The notes under the pieces: generated by a model
The model's database searches: none
The model's input: the letters and a program-made list of their open reading frames with translations, nothing else
What the model was told of the DNA's origin: nothing
In this document: positions 40,161 through 49,520 of the stretch, in pieces
Layout: each line of letters begins with the position of its first letter
Position numbering within the stretch: the stretch's first letter is position 1
Position numbers and translations under genes: made by a program
Assembly: GCA_964533055.1 (NCBI GenBank)
Contig: CAZHKZ010000003.1
Coordinates: 2,483-66,482 of the forward strand
Length of the DNA: 64,000 bases
Reading direction: 5' to 3'
Source: an uncultured Gammaproteobacteria bacterium
GTDB taxonomy: Bacteria; Patescibacteriota; Microgenomatia; Levybacterales; UBA12049

Positions 40161-41446
40161 ACAAAATTTTTCAAACCCTGATACAAGCTCTTCGAACCCC
40201 TGAAGTTCGCAAGAAGATTATTTATACTGCAATTGTTTTTCTTGTATTTCGCATCTTTTCCCACATCCCTGTAGCAGGTGTCCATACAGAAAATCTTCGC
40301 CAGCTCTTTAGTCAAAATCAATTTTTAGGGCTTCTAGATACATTTTCTGGAGGAACTCTCAAGAATTTTTCAATCGTAGCACTTGGTCTTAATCCCTATA
40401 TTAATGCTTCAATTATTTTGCAGGTACTTACCATGGTATTTCCAAAGCTAGAAGAGATGCAGAAAGAGGGGGAGCAAGGAAGAAAGAAGATCAATCAGTA
40501 CACAAGATTTCTCACTGTTCCACTTGCGGTGCTTCAAGCGATTGGCATGTATGCACTTTTGCGTAGTCAGGGAATTGTTTCAACCCTTTCTCCTCTTGAG
40601 TTGGTTACTTTTCTGCTGACTATGGTAGCTGGAACGATGTTTGCGGTCTGGCTTGGAGAGCTTATTACTGAGCGTGGAATTGGCAATGGTATTTCAGTAC
40701 TTATTTTTGCCGGTATTATTGGTGGAATCCCAGGTCTTCTTGGACAGACTGCAGTTGCAGGTGGTGGCGAGAATCTAATTGGAATTGGCGTCTTCTTAGC
40801 AATGTCACTTGCAGTGATCGTCTCAATTATTCTTGTAAATGAAGCAACTCGCCAGGTGACTGTTCATTATGCAAAGAGAATGAGGGGCAATAAGATGTAT
40901 GGTGGTCAATCGACCCATCTTCCTTTACGACTAAATCAAGCTGGTGTTATTCCAATCATCTTTGCTGTTTCATTAGTACTTCTCCCATCTCTACTAGCTA
41001 ACTTTTTTATGTCATCAAAAAATGCCATGCTCATAAACGTTGGTCAATTTCTTACCACATGGTTCCATCCAGACGGCTGGATTTATAATGCATTTTACTT
41101 CTTACTCGTAGTTGGATTTACATTCTTTTATACTGCTGTAGTATTTAATCCCCAAAAGATCTCGGATGACATGCAGCAGCGAGGGGGATTTGTTCCTGGG
41201 ATAAGACCTGGAACTCAGACTGCTACCTATCTTAATTATATTTTGACGAGACTTACGCTTGCAGGTGCAATCTTTTTAGGCTTTATTGCAATCCTCCCAT
41301 CAATTGCAAAAGGGTTAACCGGAATGCAAACGCTTGTTCTTGGAGGAACTAGTATTCTTATCGTTGTTAGCGTTGTTTTGGAGACGTATAAAGCAATTGA
41401 AGCTCAGATTGTCATGAGAAACTACGACGGGTTACTAAAGAAATAG
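40157..41446 (+). CDS. secY: Preprotein translocase SecY
   Basis: [34 protein letters not shown]. Confidence 0.98.
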   Translation: MNKIFQTLIQALRTPEVRKKIIYTAIVFLVFRIFSHIPVAGVHTENLRQLFSQNQFLGLLDTFSGGTLKNFSIVALGLNPYINASIILQVLTMVFPKLEEMQKEGEQGRKKINQYTRFLTVPLAVLQAIGMYALLRSQGIVSTLSPLELVTFLLTMVAGTMFAVWLGELITERGIGNGISVLIFAGIIGGIPGLLGQTAVAGGGENLIGIGVFLAMSLAVIVSIILVNEATRQVTVHYAKRMRGNKMYGGQSTHLPLRLNQAGVIPIIFAVSLVLLPSLLANFFMSSKNAMLINVGQFLTTWFHPDGWIYNAFYFLLVVGFTFFYTAVVFNPQKISDDMQQRGGFVPGIRPGTQTATYLNYILTRLTLAGAIFLGFIAILPSIAKGLTGMQTLVLGGTSILIVVSVVLETYKAIEAQIVMRNYDGLLKK

Positions 41447-41462
41447 AAAGTGGCACTTATAT

Positions 41463-42026
41463 ATGAAAATAATTCTCATCGGAATTCAGGGAGCAGGTAA
41501 ATCTACTCAAGGCAAACTCCTTGCAGAAAAGCTTAACATTCTCTACCTCTCAACCGGACATATCTTCAGAGATCTTGCTCGAGAGCACACCCCACTGGGT
41601 CGTTATGTTAAAGAAACAATTAACGCTGGATATCTTATCTCAGATGAGAAAACACTAAAGATTGTTAGCGAATATCTTCATAGACCTGAGTATGAAAAAG
41701 GATATATTTTGGATGGATTTCCACGCACTAGTCATCAAGCAGAGGCGTTTGAGAATGGTGTTGATCATGTTTTTTACCTAAAGGTCTCCGATAAGGAAGC
41801 TCTTTGGAGACTTTCATATCGAGAAGGAGATGAAGCAGATGGGCGTGAAGATGAAACGCTCATGGCCTTGAGGAAAAGAATTGAGCTTTTCCACAAGGTA
41901 ACTGAGCCAGTGCTTGATCACTACAAACATCATCATAAATTGACTGAGATTGATGGGGAGCAGAAAGTAGAAGCTATTCATCATCAGATCATGGAGCATA
42001 TCAATAAAGATCACTCGCATTCATGA
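41463..42026 (+). CDS. adk: Adenylate kinase, short LID
   Basis: GIQGAGKSTQ, LSTG, ILDGFPRT. Confidence 0.93.
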   Translation: MKIILIGIQGAGKSTQGKLLAEKLNILYLSTGHIFRDLAREHTPLGRYVKETINAGYLISDEKTLKIVSEYLHRPEYEKGYILDGFPRTSHQAEAFENGVDHVFYLKVSDKEALWRLSYREGDEADGREDETLMALRKRIELFHKVTEPVLDHYKHHHKLTEIDGEQKVEAIHHQIMEHINKDHSHS

Positions 42027-42718
42027 AAGTCGGCTTTGTTATCGCAATAGATGGGCCCGTTGCCTCTGGAAAGGGAACGATTGCTCAGCTTCTCTCGAAA
42101 AAACTTGATGCAATTCAAATTGATACAGGGAGCATGTATCGAGCAGTCGCGCTTTCATGCAAAGAGCATGGTGTAGATTTGACTGATCGAAAAGCAGTTC
42201 TCAATCTTTTGCCAAGTATGGGGATCGAGATTTATGGTGATGAAGTAAATATGACTTCGAGAGTAAGTCTTGGAGGGAGGGATGTTTCTGAGCAAATTAG
42301 AAGACCTGAGATTGCTGATGCTTCGTCGATAACTTCTCATTATCCAGAGGTCAGAGCATATCTTGTTGCAAAACAAAAACAGCTTATCGCTGAATTGCTA
42401 TCACAGAATATAAGGGTTGTAATTGAGGGAAGAATCGTTGCAACAGAAGTTGTGCCAGATGCTGAATACAAGCTTTTTTTAACTGCAACTACTCAGGAGC
42501 GGGCAAAGAGAAGACTTGCGCAATATCAGCAAAAGGGTGTGGAGATTAGTCCGGAGAAGGTTTTAGAAGATACAATAAAAAGAGACGAGAGAGATGCTGA
42601 TAATCTCCCAATTAATCCAGAGTCTCTTGGGTATCACACAATAGATACAACGGATATTAATGAAGACCAAACATTAGATATAATTACTACAGAACTTCAA
42701 AAGAGGAAATTATTATGA
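42023..42718 (+). CDS. cmk: Cytidylate kinase
   Basis: IAIDGPVASGKGT, DTGSMYRAV, EGR. Confidence 0.9.
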   Translation: MKVGFVIAIDGPVASGKGTIAQLLSKKLDAIQIDTGSMYRAVALSCKEHGVDLTDRKAVLNLLPSMGIEIYGDEVNMTSRVSLGGRDVSEQIRRPEIADASSITSHYPEVRAYLVAKQKQLIAELLSQNIRVVIEGRIVATEVVPDAEYKLFLTATTQERAKRRLAQYQQKGVEISPEKVLEDTIKRDERDADNLPINPESLGYHTIDTTDINEDQTLDIITTELQKRKLL

Positions 42719-43476
42719 TAGATATCAAAGATAGAAAAGAAATTGAGAGCATGAAGAAGGGCGGACATATGCTTGCAGTCGCTCTTGAGAAATCACTTGC
42801 TGCGGCAAAGCCTGGTGTGACCGAGGCAGAGCTCGATAAGGTGGCTGAAAAATCAATGCGAGAGCAGGGTGGTGAGCCTGGATTCATGAAAGTCCCAGGA
42901 TATAAGCACAGTATTTGCACTGCTACAAATGAGATCATAGTTCATGGTATTCCTGGGCCATATATACTTCGTGATGGAGATGTTCTTTGCGTTGATGCTG
43001 GAGTTTATCTTGATGGCCTTCACACAGACATGGCTGATACAATCATTGTTGGAAATGACTCTCTCGTCCCTCAGGAAGTAAAAGACTTCCTCGCAACAGG
43101 TAAGCATGCATTAGATGAAGGTATAAAGGCAGCAGTTGGTGGCAATAGGGTTGGACATATCTCAAAAACTATCCAAGATATAGTCGAGGGTAAAGGCTAT
43201 TCGGTTGTGAGAAGTCTCGTTGGGCATGGAGTCGGAAAAGAGCTGCATGAGCCACCAGAGGTGCCAGGATTTTTGGATAGGCCAATTGCTAAAACCCCCG
43301 AGCTCGTGCCTGGGATGACGATTGCAGTCGAGGTTATATATGCCATGGGAGGGCCTGATGTTGTTTATGCAAATGATGATGGATGGACAATTAAGACTGC
43401 TGATGACAGCATTTCGGCTGTCTTTGAGCGTTCAATTTTGATAACTGATACTGCTCCTATTATCCTAACCCGATAG
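42715..43476 (+). CDS. map: Methionine aminopeptidase type I
   Basis: NEIIVHGIP, D..D, GHGVGKELHEPP. Confidence 0.95.
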   Translation: MIDIKDRKEIESMKKGGHMLAVALEKSLAAAKPGVTEAELDKVAEKSMREQGGEPGFMKVPGYKHSICTATNEIIVHGIPGPYILRDGDVLCVDAGVYLDGLHTDMADTIIVGNDSLVPQEVKDFLATGKHALDEGIKAAVGGNRVGHISKTIQDIVEGKGYSVVRSLVGHGVGKELHEPPEVPGFLDRPIAKTPELVPGMTIAVEVIYAMGGPDVVYANDDGWTIKTADDSISAVFERSILITDTAPIILTR

Positions 43477-43478
43477 TG

Positions 43479-43507
43479 TTGCTCTTTTGAGGCTGCTTTG
43501 CTATAAT
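43479..43507 (+). promoter_or_regulatory. Promoter of infA/alpha operon
   Basis: TTGCTC-N17-TATAAT with TG extension. Confidence 0.7.
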
Positions 43508-43543
43508 ATTAGAACTCAAATCGACAAGATTTGAATTTATTTT

Positions 43544-43762
43544 ATGGTACACCAAGGGTCGGTTGAAAAAGAGGGAATTGTTAGAGAAGCGTTGCCCAAT
43601 ACATTGTTTAGAGTTGAACTTGAGGATGGGTCAATTGTCCTTTGCCATCTAGCTGGCAAAATGAGAATTCACTTCATTAAAATTTTACCAGGTGATAAGG
43701 TAAGGATCGAAATGACACCTTATGATACTGGCAAAGGTCGAATTACGTATAGAGTTCGCTAG
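43544..43762 (+). CDS. infA: Translation initiation factor IF-1
   Basis: [32 protein letters not shown]. Confidence 0.98.
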   Translation: MVHQGSVEKEGIVREALPNTLFRVELEDGSIVLCHLAGKMRIHFIKILPGDKVRIEMTPYDTGKGRITYRVR

Positions 43763-43769
43763 GAGAAAT

Positions 43770-43883
43770 ATGAAAGTACAAGCAAGTGTTAAAAAAAGAT
43801 GTGATAAATGTAAAGTGATTAAGCGCAAGGGTGTGCTATTTATTATTTGTCAGACACCAAGACATAAACAGCGTCAAGGATAA
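43770..43883 (+). CDS. rpmJ: 50S ribosomal protein L36 (absent from ORF track)
   Basis: Translated by hand: [37 protein letters not shown]; AGGAG upstream. Confidence 0.97.
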   Translation: MKVQASVKKRCDKCKVIKRKGVLFIICQTPRHKQRQG

Positions 43884-43886
43884 TTT

Positions 43887-44282
43887 ATGCGTATTGCAGG
43901 AATAACTATACCAGTAGAAAAAAGAGTTGATATTGCCCTAACATATCTCTATGGCATTGGCCGTAGTAATGTCGGTGCAATTTTGAAGCAAGCAGAAATT
44001 GATCCAGCCATGAGAGTTAAGGATCTTTCGGAGGATGATCAGAAGAGAATTACTAGAGCTCTAGATGGCATTAAGGTAGAAGGAGATTTGCGGGCAGAAG
44101 TTAGTTTGGATATTAAGCGACTCAAGGAGTCTGGTAGTTATAGAGGTGGTCGTCATACAAAAGGACTTCCTTCACGTGGGCAAAGAACAAAATCAAATGG
44201 TCGTACCAAGAGGGGCAAGAGAATGACAATTGGCGCAATCAAGAAAGAATTAGCAGCAAAAACTGATGCAGCTAAGAAATAA
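43887..44282 (+). CDS. rpsM: 30S ribosomal protein S13
   Basis: RIAGI, LTYLYGIG, GLPSRGQRTKSN. Confidence 0.98.
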   Translation: MRIAGITIPVEKRVDIALTYLYGIGRSNVGAILKQAEIDPAMRVKDLSEDDQKRITRALDGIKVEGDLRAEVSLDIKRLKESGSYRGGRHTKGLPSRGQRTKSNGRTKRGKRMTIGAIKKELAAKTDAAKK

Positions 44283-44285
44283 AAT

Positions 44286-44684
44286 ATGGCAGCTAAAAAA
44301 GTTACAAAAAATATAAAGAAGAAATCAAACTTGGTCATGACTGATCATGGAAGAGTGTATGTTACGGCTACATTTAATAATACTCTTGTAAGTATCACGA
44401 ACGATAAGGGTGATGCAATCTCATGGAGTTCATCTGGAAATTCAGGATTTAAGGGCACACGAAAATCAACACCATATGCAGCATCGATGGCTGTCGAGAG
44501 TGCTGCTAGAAAAGCTCAAGAAAAAGGTCTTAAGTCTGTTGATATTTTTGTAAAGGGCCCAGGGTCTGGTAGAGACTCTTCACTTAGAGCTATTAAGACT
44601 GTTGGACTTTCAATCTCATCTATTACAGACATTACGCCAATTCCACATAATGGACCAAGAGCAAAGAAAAAGAGGAGAATTTAA
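44286..44684 (+). CDS. rpsK: 30S ribosomal protein S11
   Basis: [30 protein letters not shown]. Confidence 0.98.
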   Translation: MAAKKVTKNIKKKSNLVMTDHGRVYVTATFNNTLVSITNDKGDAISWSSSGNSGFKGTRKSTPYAASMAVESAARKAQEKGLKSVDIFVKGPGSGRDSSLRAIKTVGLSISSITDITPIPHNGPRAKKKRRI

Positions 44685-44689
44685 AAGAT

Positions 44690-45295
44690 ATGGCACGATA
44701 TACAGGACCAAAACATAAATTAGCAAGACGAGAAGGTGTGAATCTCATGGATAAGTCGTCAGCATCTTTGGCAAGAAGACTTATGATCAAGCCAGGTGTT
44801 CATGGTGCAAAAAGATCAAGAAGAAGACTTTCAGAGTATGGAATACAGCTTCGTGAGAAGCAGAAGGCAAAGGCTATCTATGGAGTTCTCGAGAAGCAGT
44901 TCAAGAGACTTGTTACCCGTCTTGAGAATGAAAAAGGTGATACAAGCGAATTAATGCTTTCACTTCTTGAAACAAGACTTGATAGTCTGGTCTATAGGCT
45001 TGGTTTTGCAAAAACAAGATTCCAAGCAAGGCAGTTTGTTTCCCATGGTCATGTGCTCATCAATGGGAAGAAGGTTTCTATCCCTTCATATCAGGTTGCA
45101 GTTAGTGATAAGATTGAAATTGACGCAACAATTCAGAAGAATCCTGATGTTATGGCTATCCTTGCGGAGAAAGCAGAACTCCTCTCATTCATTGAAAGAG
45201 AAGGTACTGTTGGCAAGCTGATAAGAATGCCAAAAAAGGACGATATTACAGTTCCGTTCAATACACAACAGATTATTGAATATTATTCAAGATAA
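44690..45295 (+). CDS. rpsD: 30S ribosomal protein S4
   Basis: MARYTGP, LREKQK, LETRLD, ARQFVSHGH, IEYYSR. Confidence 0.98.
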   Translation: MARYTGPKHKLARREGVNLMDKSSASLARRLMIKPGVHGAKRSRRRLSEYGIQLREKQKAKAIYGVLEKQFKRLVTRLENEKGDTSELMLSLLETRLDSLVYRLGFAKTRFQARQFVSHGHVLINGKKVSIPSYQVAVSDKIEIDATIQKNPDVMAILAEKAELLSFIEREGTVGKLIRMPKKDDITVPFNTQQIIEYYSR

Positions 45296-45326
45296 TGATA
45301 CAATACATTGTCTGGAACTAATTACT

Positions 45327-46256
45327 ATGGACGAATTACAATTTACAATTAAAGAAATAACAAATGCAGAAGGATATGGAGAGTTCGTTCTCGAACCACT
45401 TCAGCCTGGTTTTGGTCACACAATCGGAAATGCACTTCGTCGTGTTCTCTACAGTTCTATTCCTGGTGCTGCTATTACAACCGTTAAGATCGCTGGCGTT
45501 AAGCATAAGTTCTCAACAGTAGAAGGACTTAAGGAAAATGTTATCGACTTCCTCCTTAATCTTAAAGAATTAAATCTCCGCCTTCCTGAAGGTCAAGACA
45601 CTGCTATCATGAAAATGTCTGTTAAAGGACCTAAAGATATCGTTGCTGGAGATTTCTCTGAGACAAATGGAGTTGAGATCATCAACAAAGACCAGTACCT
45701 TGGAGCACTCGCATCAAAAACAGGTAAATTTGAGATGGAAGTTACTGTAGAGAGAGGACTTGGATATTCTTTGTCTGAAGATAGAGAATCAAGCTCTGTT
45801 GGTCTTATGAGAACAGATGCTATTTTCTCACCAATCAGAAGAGTCAACTTCTCAGTTGAAGCAACCCGAGTTGGTCGTCAGACAAATCTTGACAAGTTAA
45901 CCATGAAAATCTGGACTAATGGAACAGTCGATCCGAGAGAAGCTATGGAAAGAGCTGCAAAGCTCCTTACAAAGTCTTTCCTTCAGATCTATGAACCAAC
46001 TTCAGCCTCCAGTGAATCAGTTGAAGAAGTAGTGGCTGACAGCTCAATCCCTTCAGGTCTTAATAGAATGACAGTTGATGAGCTCGATCTTCCAACTAGA
46101 ATTTATAATAGTCTTAGAAATGGTGGCATTGAGACTGTTGAACAACTTCTCCAGGCTCCAAGAAAAGACCTTATTTCAATGAGAAACATGGGCGGTAAAT
46201 CTATTTCAGTTATTGAAGAGAAGTTAAAAGACAAAGGGATTTCATTTCCTGCCTAA
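45327..46256 (+). CDS. rpoA: RNA polymerase alpha subunit
   Basis: EPLQPGFGHTIGNALRRVL, DAIFSPI, CTD LDLPTRIYNSL; start at ATG 45327. Confidence 0.97.
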   Translation: MDELQFTIKEITNAEGYGEFVLEPLQPGFGHTIGNALRRVLYSSIPGAAITTVKIAGVKHKFSTVEGLKENVIDFLLNLKELNLRLPEGQDTAIMKMSVKGPKDIVAGDFSETNGVEIINKDQYLGALASKTGKFEMEVTVERGLGYSLSEDRESSSVGLMRTDAIFSPIRRVNFSVEATRVGRQTNLDKLTMKIWTNGTVDPREAMERAAKLLTKSFLQIYEPTSASSESVEEVVADSSIPSGLNRMTVDELDLPTRIYNSLRNGGIETVEQLLQAPRKDLISMRNMGGKSISVIEEKLKDKGISFPA

Positions 46257-46261
46257 GTTAG

Positions 46262-46349
46262 GATAGTAAGATATTAGGATACGAAAGATAGTAAGGGGCC
46301 AAACGTGTCGCTTAGTATCAGATAATATAGACATCCTAATATCTTTTTT
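46262..46349 (+). promoter_or_regulatory. Structured leader before rplQ
   Basis: 13-bp perfect stem AAGATATTAGGAT/ATCCTAATATCTT with inner stem and U-tract. Confidence 0.6.
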
Positions 46350-46352
46350 ATT

Positions 46353-46859
46353 ATGAGAAAACAAGTATTCGGTAGACATTTCAAAAGAGACACAAATGAA
46401 AGAAAGGCTATGTTCAAGAGCCTTGCTTCTGCTCTTGTCATGCATGAGAGAATTGAGACTACTGAAGAAAAAGCAAAGGCAATTAGGGGGTCTGTAGAGA
46501 AAATGGTTACAAAGGCTAAGAAAAGAGACAATGTCATGGCAGTTCGTCTTTTGTCTCCAGAGCTTACTTCACCTGCTGTTAAGAAGATGATCGCAAGTAT
46601 TGCTCCAAGATTTTCAACAAGAGATGGTGGATACACAAGGATTATCAAAAAAGGTAATCGCTTTAACGACAATGCGTCGATGGTTCTTCTTGAATGGGTA
46701 GAAAAAGCTTCAGCAGTTGCAGTCGATATTATTGCTCCAGCCGCATCAGTAAAAAAGTCTGTTAAAGCAAATGCTGCTTCAGAAGCAGTAGTAGTGAAGA
46801 AAGCAGTAGCTAAAAAGCCCGTAGCAAAGAAAGCTCCAGCTAAGGAGAAAAAAGCATAA
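46353..46859 (+). CDS. rplQ: 50S ribosomal protein L17 with K/A-rich tail
   Basis: HERIETTEEKAK, RDGGYTRIIK, R..DNA. Confidence 0.97.
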   Translation: MRKQVFGRHFKRDTNERKAMFKSLASALVMHERIETTEEKAKAIRGSVEKMVTKAKKRDNVMAVRLLSPELTSPAVKKMIASIAPRFSTRDGGYTRIIKKGNRFNDNASMVLLEWVEKASAVAVDIIAPAASVKKSVKANAASEAVVVKKAVAKKPVAKKAPAKEKKA

Positions 46860-47278
46860 TGAATCAGACAAAATCAACAAAGCAGGAATCAATCAAAAGA
46901 GAATGGCATCTTATTGACGTAAAAGATAAGACGCTAGGTAGAATCTCTGTAGAAATTGCTCACGAGCTTATGGGAAAGAGTAAGCCAAATTTCGTTCGCA
47001 ATCTTGATTGTGGCGACAATGTTGTTATCATCAATGCAAAGGACATTAAGGTTACGGGAAAGAAGGAAGAGCAAAAGCTTTATCAGCGTCATTCTGGTTA
47101 TCCAGGAGGCTTTAAAGAGGAGACATTAAAAGATCTTAGAGTTAGACGACCTGAGGAGATCGTAAGACGCGCAGTTAAGGGTATGTTGCCGCAAAATAAG
47201 CTTCGTGATAAAATGCTCAGACGTCTTTTTGTTTTCCCAACTGAAACTCACACACACCAAGATAGATTCAAAGCATAA
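46859..47278 (+). CDS. rplM: 50S ribosomal protein L13
   Basis: WHLID, LGR, DCGDNV, HSGYPGG, AVKGMLP. Confidence 0.98.
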   Translation: MNQTKSTKQESIKREWHLIDVKDKTLGRISVEIAHELMGKSKPNFVRNLDCGDNVVIINAKDIKVTGKKEEQKLYQRHSGYPGGFKEETLKDLRVRRPEEIVRRAVKGMLPQNKLRDKMLRRLFVFPTETHTHQDRFKA

Positions 47279-47283
47279 AAATT

Positions 47284-47775
47284 ATGGCAGCTAAAACGAC
47301 AGAACCAGTTTCAACATCAGCAATCAGCAAGAAAACTCTTAAGAGAGACTATTCTTTTGCTGTAGGTCGAAGAAGAGAAGCAGTTGCTCGAGTAAGGCTT
47401 TACGAGACAGTTAAAGATGACCTTGCATGGAAAGAGTTGAAGGTAAAAAAAGGCGATATTCTTGTAAATGGCATGCTTATTGCAGAATATTTTCCTGGCG
47501 ATATTAGTAGATTTAGATACACAGAACCACTTCGTGTTGCAAACGCTCAGAATAAGTATACATTCACAATTTCAGTAGCTGGTGGAGGGCCATCAGGTCA
47601 GTTGGACGCAGTTGTAGCTGGAATCGCTAATGTTCTAGCAAAGACTGATAAGGAGGAGTTCCGTGCAGTTCTTAAAGCTAAAGGATTTTTATCTAGAGAT
47701 TCGCGTGTTCGTGAACGACGCAAGGTCGGTACTGGTGGAAAAGCAAGAAGAAAGAAGCAATCCCCTAAGAGATAA
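47284..47775 (+). CDS. rpsI: 30S ribosomal protein S9
   Basis: GRRREAVARVRL, GGGPSGQ, RDSRVRERRK, QSPKR. Confidence 0.97.
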   Translation: MAAKTTEPVSTSAISKKTLKRDYSFAVGRRREAVARVRLYETVKDDLAWKELKVKKGDILVNGMLIAEYFPGDISRFRYTEPLRVANAQNKYTFTISVAGGGPSGQLDAVVAGIANVLAKTDKEEFRAVLKAKGFLSRDSRVRERRKVGTGGKARRKKQSPKR

Positions 47776-47857
47776 GAAGCAACCCCCCCCCTGCTAGCTT
47801 GCAGTTTGTCATCGGCTACATTTTTCCAAAAGAACATACTTTAAAGTTTTCGAGCAA

Positions 47858-48427
47858 TTATTGTTCAAAGAGGACGAGTTCTTTTGCGGTATGATACCCC
47901 CACATAACTGCAGCAGGTAGAAGATTATGAAATTTCTCAACGTTGAACTCTCTATTTTTAAGAAGAAAATGCTTCATGTAGACATCTGACTTTAGCTCGT
48001 CTACGACAATTTGCATAATTTCACTTGCGGGCGCAACAACGGTAACCCCATTCGTTAAAGTCTTTCCAACACTATTTCTTACTTCTCTCAAGATATTTGG
48101 ATCAGTTTGAACAACATAGGGGTAATATCCATGAGTAATGCGCTGTTCTTTTAGATAGATGTGCACCCCGCATGTCATAGCAAGATAGAAAAGATCAAAG
48201 AGCCTAGATCTTTTAGCACTCTTACGATTAGGGATTGGCATGTAGAGAATTTGGGTAAAAGTTATTGCAGCCAGCGAGACTGGTGCTAGTAATTCTTCTG
48301 GAAGATAAAATTTAGATTTAGGACTATCGTTGGTATACTGATCCATCGAGGACACAATTTCTTCCCAAATCCTCAGTGAGTGAGGGTGCATTAAGCCAAC
48401 ATCCTCTTTGTCGGGCAGACTTTTCAT
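47858..48427 (-). CDS. Hypothetical protein
   Basis: 189-aa ORF with TGcTACATT 8 nt upstream. Confidence 0.65.
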   Translation of the reverse strand: MKSLPDKEDVGLMHPHSLRIWEEIVSSMDQYTNDSPKSKFYLPEELLAPVSLAAITFTQILYMPIPNRKSAKRSRLFDLFYLAMTCGVHIYLKEQRITHGYYPYVVQTDPNILREVRNSVGKTLTNGVTVVAPASEIMQIVVDELKSDVYMKHFLLKNREFNVEKFHNLLPAAVMWGYHTAKELVLFEQ

Positions 48428-48489
48428 AGGCTATGAATGTAGCATATATGGAAAAGTAATTTGATTGCAAGGGGGTGTATACTATATCC

Positions 48490-49482
48490 ATGCGATTTAT
48501 TCCAAGAAATCTATTTATTCAAAATTTTGATGGAGATATGCTTCGCGAGATCTTTCTTATCTCATCAATTACTACAATATTCTTCATAAGATTCTTTTTG
48601 AGTATCACTGATTACCCACAGCTAAGTGGCGCTGGTCTACATTTTGCCCATTTATTATGGGGAGGGTTTTTTATGGCAGCTGCATTATTTCTTGTCTTTT
48701 CATTCCTGGGAAAAAGAGTAATTGCTGTAGCAAGCATCCTTGGAGGAATTGGGTTTGGTGCTTTTATTGATGAATTGGGTAAATTTATTACGAGTGATAA
48801 TAATTATTTCTATCAACCAACTTTTGCAATTATCTATGTTATTTTTGTTTTGATTTATATCCTCTCGCGATTAATAGGTAAGAGAAAGCCACGAAGTGCT
48901 GAATATACGATCAATGCGATAGAGCTTACTAAAGACGTTGTAATTAATGATCTTGATGAAGAAGAAAAGAAGCGAGTTCTTGAGTATCTCTCAAAAAGCG
49001 ATGGGAAAGACCCGCTTGTAATTGCACTTAAATCATTAATACGAACATTGGACTCTGTTCCAGTTCCAAAGAAATCCCTACTTGTTCATGCACGAGACTA
49101 TATAAAGTCGCTATATCTGAGTGGATCAAGATCAGCGATTTTACATAGGTTTTTCATCGTCTTGATTGGGCTTCAGCTTGTTTTGACGTTGGGTGTCATG
49201 GTAATTTTTAGAGACAATGCAGATCAGCTTTCTTTTACAGAAAGTGGAAAAATCTTCTCATCTGGAGTTGCACTTACCCTCGTTATTTTAGGAATAGTGA
49301 GTAGTTCTCGTTCAAAAATCTTGGCATACAGATTTTTTAAAGGCTCAATATTAGTTATGCTTTTAGTGACTCAACTGTTTACTTTCTACGAGAATCCACT
49401 TTCTGCAGTGCTCGCAATTCTTTATAATATGCTGCTACTTCAAATGGTTGACTATGTGATCAGTAATCAGGAAAAGGTATAA
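48490..49482 (+). CDS. Multi-pass membrane protein of unknown function
   Basis: GLHFAHLLWGG, GFGAFIDELGKFIT..NNYFY; about 8 TM helices; TATACT 6 nt before ATG 48490. Confidence 0.75.
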   Translation: MRFIPRNLFIQNFDGDMLREIFLISSITTIFFIRFFLSITDYPQLSGAGLHFAHLLWGGFFMAAALFLVFSFLGKRVIAVASILGGIGFGAFIDELGKFITSDNNYFYQPTFAIIYVIFVLIYILSRLIGKRKPRSAEYTINAIELTKDVVINDLDEEEKKRVLEYLSKSDGKDPLVIALKSLIRTLDSVPVPKKSLLVHARDYIKSLYLSGSRSAILHRFFIVLIGLQLVLTLGVMVIFRDNADQLSFTESGKIFSSGVALTLVILGIVSSSRSKILAYRFFKGSILVMLLVTQLFTFYENPLSAVLAILYNMLLLQMVDYVISNQEKV

Positions 49483-49520
49483 ATCCTCATATTTGTGCTC
49501 AAATGTAGTATAATTCTAGT

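Noticed and set aside
47783-47791. C9 homopolymer after rpsI as a phase-variation tract
   Set aside because: It is intergenic between convergent genes, not in a promoter or CDS.
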